A stretch of DNA of 31,907 nt from an uncultured Clostridia bacterium (GTDB lineage Bacteria; Bacillota; Clostridia; TANB77; CAG-508). The translations under genes were made by a program, and so were the position numbers. Below are positions 1 through 8,179 of the stretch, one piece after another (the stretch's first letter is position 1; each line of letters starts with the position of its first letter). The stretch lies in contig CANQRO010000004.1 of the NCBI GenBank assembly GCA_947626205.1, positions 1-31,907 on the forward strand, given 5' to 3'. The notes under the pieces are model-generated. The model worked only from the letters and a program-made list of their open reading frames with translations. It made no database searches and was not told the origin of the DNA.

Positions 1-77
1 TGGAGCCACTTCTCAGATTCGAACTGAGGACCCCCGCATTACAAGTGCGGTGCTCTGGCCAACTGAGCTAAAGTGGC
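1..77 (-). tRNA. tRNA-Thr (anticodon UGU), CCA encoded; 3' end at window edge
   Basis: The reverse complement folds as a cloverleaf. Acceptor GCCACTT/AAGTGGC, D stem GCTC/GAGC, anticodon stem CCGCA/TGCGG with loop CTTGTAA, T stem CTCAG/CTGAG with loop TTCGAAT, then T-CCA. Confidence 0.9.
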
Positions 78-81
78 TTAT

Positions 82-156
82 TGGTGACCCCGACGGGAAT
101 CGAACCCATGTCTCCGCCGTGAAAGGGCGATGTCTTAACCGCTTGACCACGGGGCC
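82..156 (-). tRNA. tRNA-Glu (anticodon UUC), CCA encoded
   Basis: The reverse complement is GGCCCCGTGGTCAAGCGGTTAAGACATCGCCCTTTCACGGCGGAGACATGGGTTCGATTCCCGTCGGGGTCACCA. The anticodon loop is CTTTCAC. It closely resembles Firmicute tRNA-Glu. Confidence 0.9.
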
Positions 157-187
157 ATTTAAAAGAATACATAAGAATGTATTCTTT

Positions 188-263
188 TGGTGAGCCATCG
201 CAGACTCGAACTGCGGACAACTTGATTAAAAGTCAAGTGCTCTACCACCTGAGCTAATGGCCC
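188..263 (-). tRNA. tRNA-Lys (anticodon UUU), CCA encoded
   Basis: The reverse complement is GGGCCATTAGCTCAGGTGGTAGAGCACTTGACTTTTAATCAAGTTGTCCGCAGTTCGAGTCTGCGATGGCTCACCA. Anticodon stem CTTGA/TCAAG with loop CTTTTAA. Confidence 0.9.
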
Positions 264-377
264 GAAACGTACTTAAAAATTTAAGTACCTTAATATGTTA
301 CTACATTTTTGGCGTTCTGTCAATCATTTTTTTGTTTTTTTTCGTTTTTTTATTAATTTTTTTATTTTGTAGTAATT

Positions 378-563
378 TTATGCATTCAATGCTTTTATTA
401 ATTCATCTACATCTATGCCATGAACCATACATGCTTCTTCTATTGTTTCTGCTTGTGATGCTGGACATCCTAAACAATGCATTCCTGCATTTAATAAAAT
501 TTCTGCTTTTTCTGGTGCTTCTTCTAGTAGTTGACCTATTGTAGTTGTTTTTTCTATTTTCAT
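378..563 (-). CDS. Small DUF1858 / hybrid-cluster-protein-associated redox disulfide domain protein
   Basis: 61-aa ORF preceded by a GGAGGG Shine-Dalgarno (SD). It carries the CLGCP motif and the sequence TIGQLL...GMHCLGCPASQAETIEEAC..HGID typical of this family. Confidence 0.8.
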   Translation of the reverse strand: MKIEKTTTIGQLLEEAPEKAEILLNAGMHCLGCPASQAETIEEACMVHGIDVDELIKALNA

Positions 564-623
564 TGTTTTCCCTCCTTTTTTAACTATTTTTACAATATTT
601 TATCACATTTATGCAAAAAAGTA

Positions 624-652
624 TAGACAAAATCATTTTTTTGTTGTATTAT
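624..652 (+). promoter_or_regulatory. Possible sigma-A-type promoter upstream of T4SS module 1
   Basis: TAGACA (624-629), 17-nt spacer, TATTAT (647-652). Such matches are common in AT-rich DNA. Confidence 0.25.
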
Positions 653-843
653 TATGTTTACTTGTTAGGTGGTGATTATTATTAAGCATTTAATTCATTT
701 ATTTTTTATCACTTTTTTCTTAGAAATTCTTACCGTTTTGTATTCTATTTATCTTTTATTTTATTTAAAGATTTTTCACAATTTACAAGGTTGGAAATTA
801 AATATGAAAAAACGTGGCTCATAATTTTGGAGGTCTTTTTATT

Positions 844-2562
844 ATGCGTTTTAAATCTTTTATTTTTCATGTAATTTTTATTTTATTATTTGTAATTATT
901 TCTTGCTTATTAGCTTATTACATATTTAATCCATTGTATCACTCTGAATCTGTTATTATTCCATATTCATTAAATCCATACGATATATGTACAACTTATC
1001 CAGATGCATGGAAAAAAATTAAATTTTATTTTGTGATAGTTCATATTATTTTTAGTATTTTATTTTCAAATATGATTTATCATATATTTTCTCGATTATT
1101 TCATTTTTCTCATAAGAAAAATAATAAAAAAAATAGTTCTCTTTATATTTCACAAAATCATACTTTAGCTTTAATCGCAGGAAAAAATGAAAATCAAAAT
1201 CTAATTGCTTTGCCAGAAAAAAGTTTATATCAAAATATTTTAGTTACTGGTACTATTGGAAGTGGTAAAACTTCTTCTTGCATGTATCCTTTTGCAAAAC
1301 AGTTAATTGGATATAATTCTTCAAATTTAGACTCGAAAATAGGTATGTTAATATTAGATGTAAAAGGTAATTTTTATAAAGAAATTATTCAATTTGCAAA
1401 TATGAGCAATAGGCTTTCTGATGTATTAATTATAGAATTAGGAGGTGATATAAAATATAACCCATTAGATAAACCTAATTTAAAGCCTGCTGTTATAGCC
1501 AATCGATTAAAAACTATATTAAGTTTATTTTCGCCAAATACTTCTGAATCCTACTGGCTAGATAAAGTAGAACAAATATTAACTGAAGCTATTAAATTAT
1601 GTAGGCTCTATAATAATGGATATGTTACTTTTTTGGAAATACATAAATTAGTAACCATTCATGATTATTATTTAGAAAAATTATCTGTATTGAAAGATTA
1701 TTTTTTAAAAGGCCTTTTTTCTAAGCATGATTGTTATAATGCAATTACTTCTATTGAATTTTTTGAGAAAGAATTTTACTCGCTAGATATTAGAACTTTA
1801 TCTATTCTTCAATCTGAAATTACACGTATTACAACTTATTTTGTCTCAGATTATGATGCAGTTCATACTTTTTGTCCTAAAAAAGAAGAAATCAATTTTT
1901 ATGGTTTTGATGATGTAATTTCAAACGGAAAAATAGTTGTATTAAATATGAATATAGCTGTATACAGAAATTTATCTAAAATTATTGCCACATATTTAAA
2001 ACTCGATTTTCAAAGTGAAGTTTTATCTCGATTAAATAATAATAGTTCTATTAAAAGTGTAGCTTTTATTTGTGATGAATTTCATGAATATTGCACTATT
2101 AGTGATGCAGATTTTTTCGCTCAGTCGCGTGAAGCAAAATGCATTAATATTGTAGCTACTCAAAGTTATTCCTCTCTATTACATGCTACAAATAATGAAC
2201 ATGCTACAAAAGTTATTATTCAGAATTTAATTAATAAGTTTTGGTTTAGAACAGATGATATTTACACTATTGAAGAAATTCAAAAACAAATTGGAAAAGA
2301 AGATCAAGTTAAAGTGTCAAAAACAATTTCAGAAAACGCAAAAAAATCTACATATAGTTCTCTTTTTAATTCTTTTTATTCTAACGATTCTAATTTATCC
2401 GAAAGTATTAATGAAGTAATTCATTATGATTTTATTTACGATACTAATTTTTTTACTCAAAAATTAGAAACTTTCAGCTGTTTATCGTTTTTATCTGATG
2501 GGAATAAAATTTTAAAACCTATGAAATTAAATCTATTACCATATTTCGTAAAATATTTTTAA
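844..2562 (+). CDS. Type IV coupling protein (VirD4/TraG/TraD-like ATPase)
   Basis: The ORF is open from 814, but GGAGG at 829-833 favours ATG 844. Two N-terminal TM helices. Walker A GTIGSGKTS, Walker B VAFICDEFHEY, and NIVATQSYSSL / FWFRTDD motifs typical of T4SS coupling ATPases. Confidence 0.75.
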   Translation: MRFKSFIFHVIFILLFVIISCLLAYYIFNPLYHSESVIIPYSLNPYDICTTYPDAWKKIKFYFVIVHIIFSILFSNMIYHIFSRLFHFSHKKNNKKNSSLYISQNHTLALIAGKNENQNLIALPEKSLYQNILVTGTIGSGKTSSCMYPFAKQLIGYNSSNLDSKIGMLILDVKGNFYKEIIQFANMSNRLSDVLIIELGGDIKYNPLDKPNLKPAVIANRLKTILSLFSPNTSESYWLDKVEQILTEAIKLCRLYNNGYVTFLEIHKLVTIHDYYLEKLSVLKDYFLKGLFSKHDCYNAITSIEFFEKEFYSLDIRTLSILQSEITRITTYFVSDYDAVHTFCPKKEEINFYGFDDVISNGKIVVLNMNIAVYRNLSKIIATYLKLDFQSEVLSRLNNNSSIKSVAFICDEFHEYCTISDADFFAQSREAKCINIVATQSYSSLLHATNNEHATKVIIQNLINKFWFRTDDIYTIEEIQKQIGKEDQVKVSKTISENAKKSTYSSLFNSFYSNDSNLSESINEVIHYDFIYDTNFFTQKLETFSCLSFLSDGNKILKPMKLNLLPYFVKYF

Positions 2563-2573
2563 GGAGGTATATT

Positions 2574-2897
2574 ATGAGTTTAAAAAAATTTATAATTTTA
2601 TTTTGTATTATTTTATTTTTAGTATTTTTTTGTATTTCTAGTAATTGTTATGCGGCAGATTCAAAATTAGTAAATACATTAAAAAAAGCTTTTGAACAAA
2701 TTGAATCTTGGCTTTTAAAACTAGCTACTCCTGCTGCCGCCGTTGCAGTGGGTAGCGGTTTGTTTATGCAAAAATTTAGTTTTGGTGATGAAGAAAGAAT
2801 TAGAACTGGTAAAAAAGTTGTTAAAGGTTCTTTGTTTGCATATGCTTTCATATTAGCTTTAGATTTAATTTTATCAACTATCGAATCTTTAATTTAG
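2574..2897 (+). CDS. VirB2/TrbC-like pilin candidate (secreted small two-helix membrane protein)
   Basis: AGGAGG at 2562-2567. Signal peptide ending ...SSNCYA/AD. The mature ~80 aa has two hydrophobic helices (ATPAAAVAVGSGLFM and GSLFAYAFILALDLIL) separated by a charged loop. The call rests on architecture and T4SS context. Confidence 0.55.
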   Translation: MSLKKFIILFCIILFLVFFCISSNCYAADSKLVNTLKKAFEQIESWLLKLATPAAAVAVGSGLFMQKFSFGDEERIRTGKKVVKGSLFAYAFILALDLILSTIESLI

Positions 2898-2912
2898 TAG
2901 GAGGGATTACTT

Positions 2913-3797
2913 TTGGAAGAAGAAATTAATATGGCATCTATTATGATTGATTCTATAAATTCTATTTTTTCTACTCTCTTTAGTTCTGTCGATACATCTT
3001 TATATTCATTGTTAGATGAAATAACTTTTATAGATTCTGATATTTTAAATACTCCTCATTTTAGTAGTATTTTTGGGACTTCATCTTCTAATGGAATTTT
3101 ATTAATTGCAAATTCATTGGTCATAGGATTTTTATTATATTATGCAATTAAACATTTATTATCTTATTTTACTATTACACAAGAAGTAGATCGCCCTGCT
3201 AGCTTTATTTTTAAATTAATAATTTTTGGAATTTTTATGAATACTTCTTTTTTTATTTGTGAAAGAATTATATTTTTTAGTTCCATTATCGGATCACTTA
3301 TTCAAGATTTAGGATTACATTTATTTTCAACCACGATATCTTTTTCAAATTTATTTGATAAAATTCAATCTATTATTATTATAGAACAAAATTCATTTAA
3401 TCTTTTTTCTATTGATGGTATTTTAAAAAGTTTTCTTTCTGTAAGTTTTATAAATTTGGCTTTTTCATATTCCATACGATATATTTTATTAAAAGTATTT
3501 GTATTAATTTCACCATTTGCATTTTTATCTTTATGCACGAGTTCTACATCTTATTTTTTTAAAGCTTGGTTTAAATGTTTTTTATCACTATTAATAATTC
3601 AAATATTAGTATCTCTTATTTTAATAATAACGTTTTCTATAGACTTTAATCCTACAAATACTTTATCTAAATTTTTAATTTGTGGTGCTATTTTTGCTTT
3701 ATTAAAAGCAAACCATTTAGTTAGAGAATTTATAGGCGGTGTATCTACTGATTTTTCAAGTGGCTTTTCTAATATTACTTCTATGATTCGTTCTTAA
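2913..3797 (+). CDS. VirB6/TrbL-like polytopic T4SS membrane protein
   Basis: TTG start 8 nt after GGAGG (2900-2904). Multiple TM helices. The IRYILLKVFVLISPFAFLSL...FFKAWFKCFLSLLIIQ segment resembles the conserved TrbL/VirB6 core. Confidence 0.6.
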   Translation: MEEEINMASIMIDSINSIFSTLFSSVDTSLYSLLDEITFIDSDILNTPHFSSIFGTSSSNGILLIANSLVIGFLLYYAIKHLLSYFTITQEVDRPASFIFKLIIFGIFMNTSFFICERIIFFSSIIGSLIQDLGLHLFSTTISFSNLFDKIQSIIIIEQNSFNLFSIDGILKSFLSVSFINLAFSYSIRYILLKVFVLISPFAFLSLCTSSTSYFFKAWFKCFLSLLIIQILVSLILIITFSIDFNPTNTLSKFLICGAIFALLKANHLVREFIGGVSTDFSSGFSNITSMIRS

Positions 3798-3851
3798 TTA
3801 TAATAATATATTAATTAGCTATTATTAATTATTATAATTATTTAACTATTA

Positions 3852-3928
3852 GTATTAAGTATTAAGTACTAAGTATTAATTATTAATTATTAATTATTAA
3901 TTTTTAATTTTTAACTATTAATTTTTAA
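3852..3928. repeat. Heptanucleotide tandem repeat, 11 copies (consensus KTATTAA)
   Basis: Read directly: gtattaa gtattaa gtactaa gtattaa ttattaa ttattaa ttattaa tttttaa tttttaa ctattaa tttttaa. It lies within a 247-bp, almost pure-AT spacer between the VirB6-like and VirB3-like genes. Confidence 0.9.
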
Positions 3929-4044
3929 TTATCATTGATTATTATTATTTATTTTATTTATTATTTTTTAATTATTATTTTTTATTATTTAATTATCTTA
4001 ATTATTATTTTTTTAATTATAATAAAAAATAGATAGGAGGTTAT

Positions 4045-4323
4045 ATGAAATTTATTTTTCCTCAAAATTATAATTTAAATAGTAAATTATTTGGTATGTT
4101 TGATTATTCTACTGTTATTTTTAATATTTTATGGGGTTTATTTATTTTTTGTTTAATTAATTTAATTTTTAATAATGTAACTATTAAAATATTTCTTTTT
4201 ATTACTTTATATTTTCCTATTTTTATGTTTAGTTTGATTGGTTTTAATCATGAAAATATTTTATATGTTTTATATTATATTGCAAAATATCTTTTTAAGC
4301 CTAAAGTATATTTATATAAATAA
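4045..4323 (+). CDS. PrgI/VirB3-like small T4SS membrane protein
   Basis: AGGAGG SD. 92 aa with two TM helices. The N-terminal FPQNYNLNSKLFGMFDYSTVIF and C-terminal YIAKYLFKPKVYLY resemble the PrgI-family pattern. Confidence 0.6.
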   Translation: MKFIFPQNYNLNSKLFGMFDYSTVIFNILWGLFIFCLINLIFNNVTIKIFLFITLYFPIFMFSLIGFNHENILYVLYYIAKYLFKPKVYLYK

Positions 4324-4337
4324 TCTTATTAATAATA

Positions 4338-4386
4338 AACCTAAAAATTATTTAATATTTATTTTTTATTAAATAACTTTTAGGTT
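4338..4386. terminator. Long hairpin between convergent genes (bidirectional terminator candidate)
   Basis: AACCTAAAAATTATTTAAT (4338-4356) pairs with ATTAAATAACTTTTAGGTT (4368-4386), 18 of 19 bp, with an 11-nt loop and T-rich flanks. Confidence 0.55.
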
Positions 4387-4393
4387 CTTTATT

Positions 4394-5695
4394 TTAGTAT
4401 ACATATAAATGCATTGTATTATCTATTAATATTATTTGTCCTTCGTTAAAAGCGTTCCAACTTTTATCTTTAAAATATTTATTATATATTTCCTTAGTTC
4501 CTGAAATTTGCGTAAATTTTCGTTTAAAATAATATTCTAAATAGCATTTCCTACTCCATTCCGTGTACATAACTTTTAAATTAGTTTCTCCTATAACTTT
4601 TATATTATCATATGATTTTTGCATCTGATAACTAGGATAGAACGCTATTTTTTCTATTTTCTTCCCTGTTTCTGTTTCATACATTTTTACTTTTTCTTCA
4701 ATTTGCAAAAATTGATTATAGTCCATATAATTTACTATATATCTATCATTTATTATTTGTTGAAAACTTATATATTGTATGCTAAGATATAATATCAAAA
4801 TACCTACTAATACTGATTTACTTATATCTTTTATCTTTACATTCATGCATATATATGCCACTAGTAAACCAATTAGAGAACTAAATGCAAATGTACTTCT
4901 TGGCACAAAAGATATTGAATCTGTACTTAATAACATTTGTGGTAATATTGTTACCGTAATCGTTAATATTATTATATATGGTATTCCTAATATTAACCAA
5001 ACTTTTTTCGATTTTTTTTCTTTTTGATTTAATATGCTAATTATACCTATGATTATTATTGCAAGCAATATTAAAATAAATAAATATTTAGGCAGAATAT
5101 TATACGTATTTTTTACCATTTCTTGCATTCCCATAATAATTTTTTCTACAGATTTTATAATATTATATTCTGAATTCATTCTAGGATTTATAAATATCTT
5201 TTTAGCCCATAAGTAATTTATTAAAGCTGGCCCTCCATAACATACTGCAGTTGCTATATTATTTATAATAAAACTTTTTATATTTTTTGTATATTTAATA
5301 ATGTAAATAGCACTTAATGCTACAAATATTGCTACCGTCCCTTGGTACGCAAAGTTTGCAATAATCATATATATAAATGATAATATTATTGATTTTTTAT
5401 TTCCTTTAAAAAATTTTACTATTGATTCCAATGCTAATATACAGCATAATACAGATAAAATTAATATTCCTTTTTCCAAAAACAGATACAATTCTATTGA
5501 AAATATATTTAATACTATTAATATGGATGATAATATAGCTAATATTTTTATATCTATATCATTTTTTAAAATTGTATATAGCTTATATATTGCAAGTACT
5601 GTAAATATAAATGATAATATAAAAGATATAAAGTATATTGTACTATTATTTAATGACATTATTACGCATAAGGAATATGAGAATGCTGTTATCAT
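4394..5695 (-). CDS. Polytopic membrane protein, GtrII/ArnT-like glycosyltransferase-type candidate (C-terminal 433 aa of a frameshifted gene)
   Basis: At least 10 TM helices plus a soluble C-terminal domain. In this frame the upstream sequence reads ...LLDLGRMITAF with no SD. It continues the 5697..5888 ORF if one base is removed. Confidence 0.5.
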   Translation of the reverse strand: MITAFSYSLCVIMSLNNSTIYFISFILSFIFTVLAIYKLYTILKNDIDIKILAILSSILIVLNIFSIELYLFLEKGILILSVLCCILALESIVKFFKGNKKSIILSFIYMIIANFAYQGTVAIFVALSAIYIIKYTKNIKSFIINNIATAVCYGGPALINYLWAKKIFINPRMNSEYNIIKSVEKIIMGMQEMVKNTYNILPKYLFILILLAIIIIGIISILNQKEKKSKKVWLILGIPYIIILTITVTILPQMLLSTDSISFVPRSTFAFSSLIGLLVAYICMNVKIKDISKSVLVGILILYLSIQYISFQQIINDRYIVNYMDYNQFLQIEEKVKMYETETGKKIEKIAFYPSYQMQKSYDNIKVIGETNLKVMYTEWSRKCYLEYYFKRKFTQISGTKEIYNKYFKDKSWNAFNEGQIILIDNTMHLYVY

Positions 5696-5696
5696 T

Positions 5697-5888
5697 CTAC
5701 CGAGATCTAATAAAGTGCTGTATTATTAGTTGAGGTTCAGTCGTAAACATAAAGTAAGTATCTAATGCATATTCCATTTTAATAAGTGTTCCTAAAAATG
5801 CTATTGTAATTAGTATAAATAAGCAAAAGGTTTTATTTATATTTATTTTTTTCATCCTGCTCACTTTTGTTAGTACTAGTTCTAACAT
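5697..5888 (-). CDS. N-terminal fragment (signal-anchor) of the same membrane protein
   Basis: AAAGGA SD upstream of ATG 5888. MKKININKTFCLFILITIAFLGTL is the first TM helix. It ends 1 nt from the start of the 433-aa ORF, in a different frame. Confidence 0.5.
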   Translation of the reverse strand: MLELVLTKVSRMKKININKTFCLFILITIAFLGTLIKMEYALDTYFMFTTEPQLIIQHFIRSR

Positions 5889-6006
5889 ATTTTCCTTTCT
5901 AATTTAACTTTTTATTTTTCTCTATTTAATATATTATGTATTCATTATATGAATACTAATAATATCTGTCAAGTATTTACATTTATAAATAATTTCTTTC
6001 TTTTTA

Positions 6007-6035
6007 TTGTATTTACTACTTTAAAATGATATAAT
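6007..6035 (+). promoter_or_regulatory. Sigma-A-type promoter for the dnaD-like/dnaI-like operon
   Basis: TTGTAT (6007-6012), 17-nt spacer containing the TG of an extended -10, then TATAAT (6030-6035). Confidence 0.45.
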
Positions 6036-6084
6036 TTGATAAAATAATTTATTAGATAAAATTTATATAAGGAGAGATTGCTTT

Positions 6085-7053
6085 ATGAAATTAGAACAAC
6101 CTGATGTTTCTATGCTTTTTTCTAATACGGAAATTTCAGATGTTTTCTTTACAGAATATTTATCACAAGCTAGTGGTGATTTTGTAAAGGTTTATTTATA
6201 TATTGTTTTTTTGTCTAAATATGGAAAAGATATTAAATTAAATGACTTATCTAAAAAGCTCTCGCTTCCTTTAAAAACGATTCAAGATGCTTTAAAGTAT
6301 TGGGAGGATTTTGGTGTTATTACTAAAAAAAATACAGGATATATTGTTAACAATCTTCAAGAAATAGAACTTCATAAATTATATAAACCAAAATTATCTT
6401 CTATTTCTAATACTGAAAAAAACTTACAAAATCAATATCGTGCAAAAGCTATTGAAGCTATAAATACTTCTTTTTTCCAAGGCATAATGTCGCCATCTTG
6501 GTATAATGATATTGATTTATGGTTTAAGAAATACGGATTTGATGAACAAGTTATGCTTGCTTTATTTCGTTATTGTTTTGAACGTTCTGCTTTACATAGA
6601 AATTATATTCAAACAGTTGCTGAGGCTTGGGCAAAAAACAATATTCACACTTTTTCTGATTTAGATTTGTATTATGAAAAGCAAGAAAAATTTAATGTAT
6701 TAAAGAAAACTATTTCTAAAAAATTAGGTTTAAGTCGTTTATTAACTCAATATGAAGAAGCATATATAGAAAAATGGACCGTTGATTTTGGTTATAGTCT
6801 TGATGTTATTGAACTTGCTTTAAGAAAAACTACTTCAAAATCTAATTTTAGTTTTGATTATATAGATAAGATTTTATCAGATTGGCATGATCATAATTTA
6901 AAAACTCCTAATGAAATTGAAAAATTTTTATCTGATATGAAACAAAAAAATACATCTATAAAGAATTTGGAAAAGAAAAGTTTTCAAAACTATGAACAAA
7001 GGAAGTACAATAATTTTGATTCTCTTTATGCAAATACACAAAAGAAAGCTTAA
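6085..7053 (+). CDS. DnaD-domain replication initiation / helicase-loading protein (Bacillus DnaB/DnaD-like)
   Basis: Two DnaD-type C-terminal repeats (WFKKYGFDEQVMLALFRYCFERS...YIQTVAEAWAKNNI and EKWTVDFGYSLDVIELALRKT...YIDKILSDWHDHNL). It lies directly upstream of a DnaC/DnaI-like ATPase. Confidence 0.8.
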   Translation: MKLEQPDVSMLFSNTEISDVFFTEYLSQASGDFVKVYLYIVFLSKYGKDIKLNDLSKKLSLPLKTIQDALKYWEDFGVITKKNTGYIVNNLQEIELHKLYKPKLSSISNTEKNLQNQYRAKAIEAINTSFFQGIMSPSWYNDIDLWFKKYGFDEQVMLALFRYCFERSALHRNYIQTVAEAWAKNNIHTFSDLDLYYEKQEKFNVLKKTISKKLGLSRLLTQYEEAYIEKWTVDFGYSLDVIELALRKTTSKSNFSFDYIDKILSDWHDHNLKTPNEIEKFLSDMKQKNTSIKNLEKKSFQNYEQRKYNNFDSLYANTQKKA

Positions 7054-7079
7054 ATTAATTTAAAAGGAGTTATTATTAT

Positions 7080-7262
7080 ATGTCTAATGCTACTTTAAGG
7101 ATGTTATTAAAAGAATATGAACAAAAAAGATTATCACATATTTTAGAAGCAGAAAGAAAAAAAGAATTATTATATTCTGATAATTCTGATTTACAAAAAA
7201 TAGATGATGAATTGAATTCATTTGCAATAAGCACTGCAAAAGCTATACTTAGTCGGAGATAA
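7080..7262 (+). CDS. N-terminal fragment of the DnaC/DnaI-like helicase loader
   Basis: AAGGAG SD. LKEYEQKRL...AERKKELLYSDNSDLQKIDDEL...AKAILS resembles the N-terminus of clostridial DnaC-like loaders. It stops at 7260-7262 while the +1 frame continues into the next ORF. Confidence 0.55.
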   Translation: MSNATLRMLLKEYEQKRLSHILEAERKKELLYSDNSDLQKIDDELNSFAISTAKAILSRR

Positions 7263-7281
7263 TAGTGTTCTTATAAGTGAT

Positions 7282-8079
7282 TTGCAAAATAAAATGGAAA
7301 TATTAAAAAAAGAAAAGAATAAAATTTTAAAAAATCTTAATATTGATGATACTTATTTTGAACCTAAATTTGATTGTCCAATATGTAAAGATACAGGCTA
7401 TGTTCAAAATGGTAACATATATTCTATATGTAATTGTATGAAACAAAAATTATTCGATATTGAATATAATAAATCTAATATTGGAAATATTGAAAAAGAT
7501 AATTTTGATAATTTTAATGTAAATTTATATTCTGATAAAATTGATGAGGCGATGTATTCTTCTAATATATCTCCTAGAGATAATATTAAAAATATTAAAA
7601 ATATCGCTTTGGATTTTATAAAAAACTTTAATAATCCTGAGTCTAAAAACTTATTATTTATTGGAAATACTGGTCTCGGAAAAACTTTTTTATCAAATGC
7701 AATTGCTAATGAAATATTAAAACTAGGAAAAACCGTACTATATCAAACTGCACCTAATATGTTAGATACAATTATTAATTATAGATTTAATAAAGAATCT
7801 GATTCTAGTGTTTATCAAAACATTTTAGAAACTGATTTGTTAATTATTGATGATTTAGGAACTGAAACTTTAAATAGTATGAAATTCACTGAATTATTTA
7901 ATGTGATAAATTCTAGAATTTTAAATCAAAACCATCATATAACGAAAACTATTATTTCTACAAATTTATCTTTACAAGATTTAAGTCAAACTTATGATGA
8001 ACGTATTTTTTCTAGGTTTGTTGGATATTATGATATTTGTAGATTTTTTGGAGAAGATATTCGTTTTAAAAATAAATAA
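7282..8079 (+). CDS. DnaC/DnaI-like AAA+ helicase loader (Zn-finger plus ATPase part)
   Basis: CPICKDTGY...CNC zinc motif. Walker A GNTGLGKTF, Walker B LLIIDDLG, sensor ISTN. No SD precedes the listed TTG start, and the frame is open back to 7231. Confidence 0.8.
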   Translation: MQNKMEILKKEKNKILKNLNIDDTYFEPKFDCPICKDTGYVQNGNIYSICNCMKQKLFDIEYNKSNIGNIEKDNFDNFNVNLYSDKIDEAMYSSNISPRDNIKNIKNIALDFIKNFNNPESKNLLFIGNTGLGKTFLSNAIANEILKLGKTVLYQTAPNMLDTIINYRFNKESDSSVYQNILETDLLIIDDLGTETLNSMKFTELFNVINSRILNQNHHITKTIISTNLSLQDLSQTYDERIFSRFVGYYDICRFFGEDIRFKNK

Positions 8080-8117
8080 ACTTTTTCTTAATAATTAAAA
8101 ACTTTTTTCTTAAAAAA

Positions 8118-8147
8118 ATCTCTTTAGTAATACTAAAGAGATTTTTT
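8118..8147. terminator. Bidirectional rho-independent terminator between dnaI-like and gyrA
   Basis: ATCTCTTTAG (8118-8127), loop TAATA, CTAAAGAGAT (8133-8142). An A-run lies upstream and a T-run downstream. Confidence 0.75.
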
Positions 8148-8179
8148 ATTGTATATTTATTTAATAATATAATAACATT

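Noticed and set aside
13-544. Track ORFs 13..198 (-) and 257..544 (+)
   Set aside because: They overlap three well-folded tRNA genes and the antisense strand of the DUF1858 gene. The 95-aa product is F/L/I low-complexity sequence typical of AT-rich shadow frames.
3798-4044. Possible CRISPR array or minisatellite in the AT-only spacer
   Set aside because: The period is 7 bp with no unique spacers and no cas genes. It is a simple tandem repeat, not a CRISPR array.
814-4323. Calling module 1 (or modules 1 and 2) an integrative conjugative element inserted at the tRNA cluster
   Set aside because: I could find no integrase, relaxase, oriT-like nick region or direct repeat of a tRNA 3' end. The tRNA 3' ends also point away from the module. 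I therefore reported it as a T4SS-like gene set rather than a mobile element.
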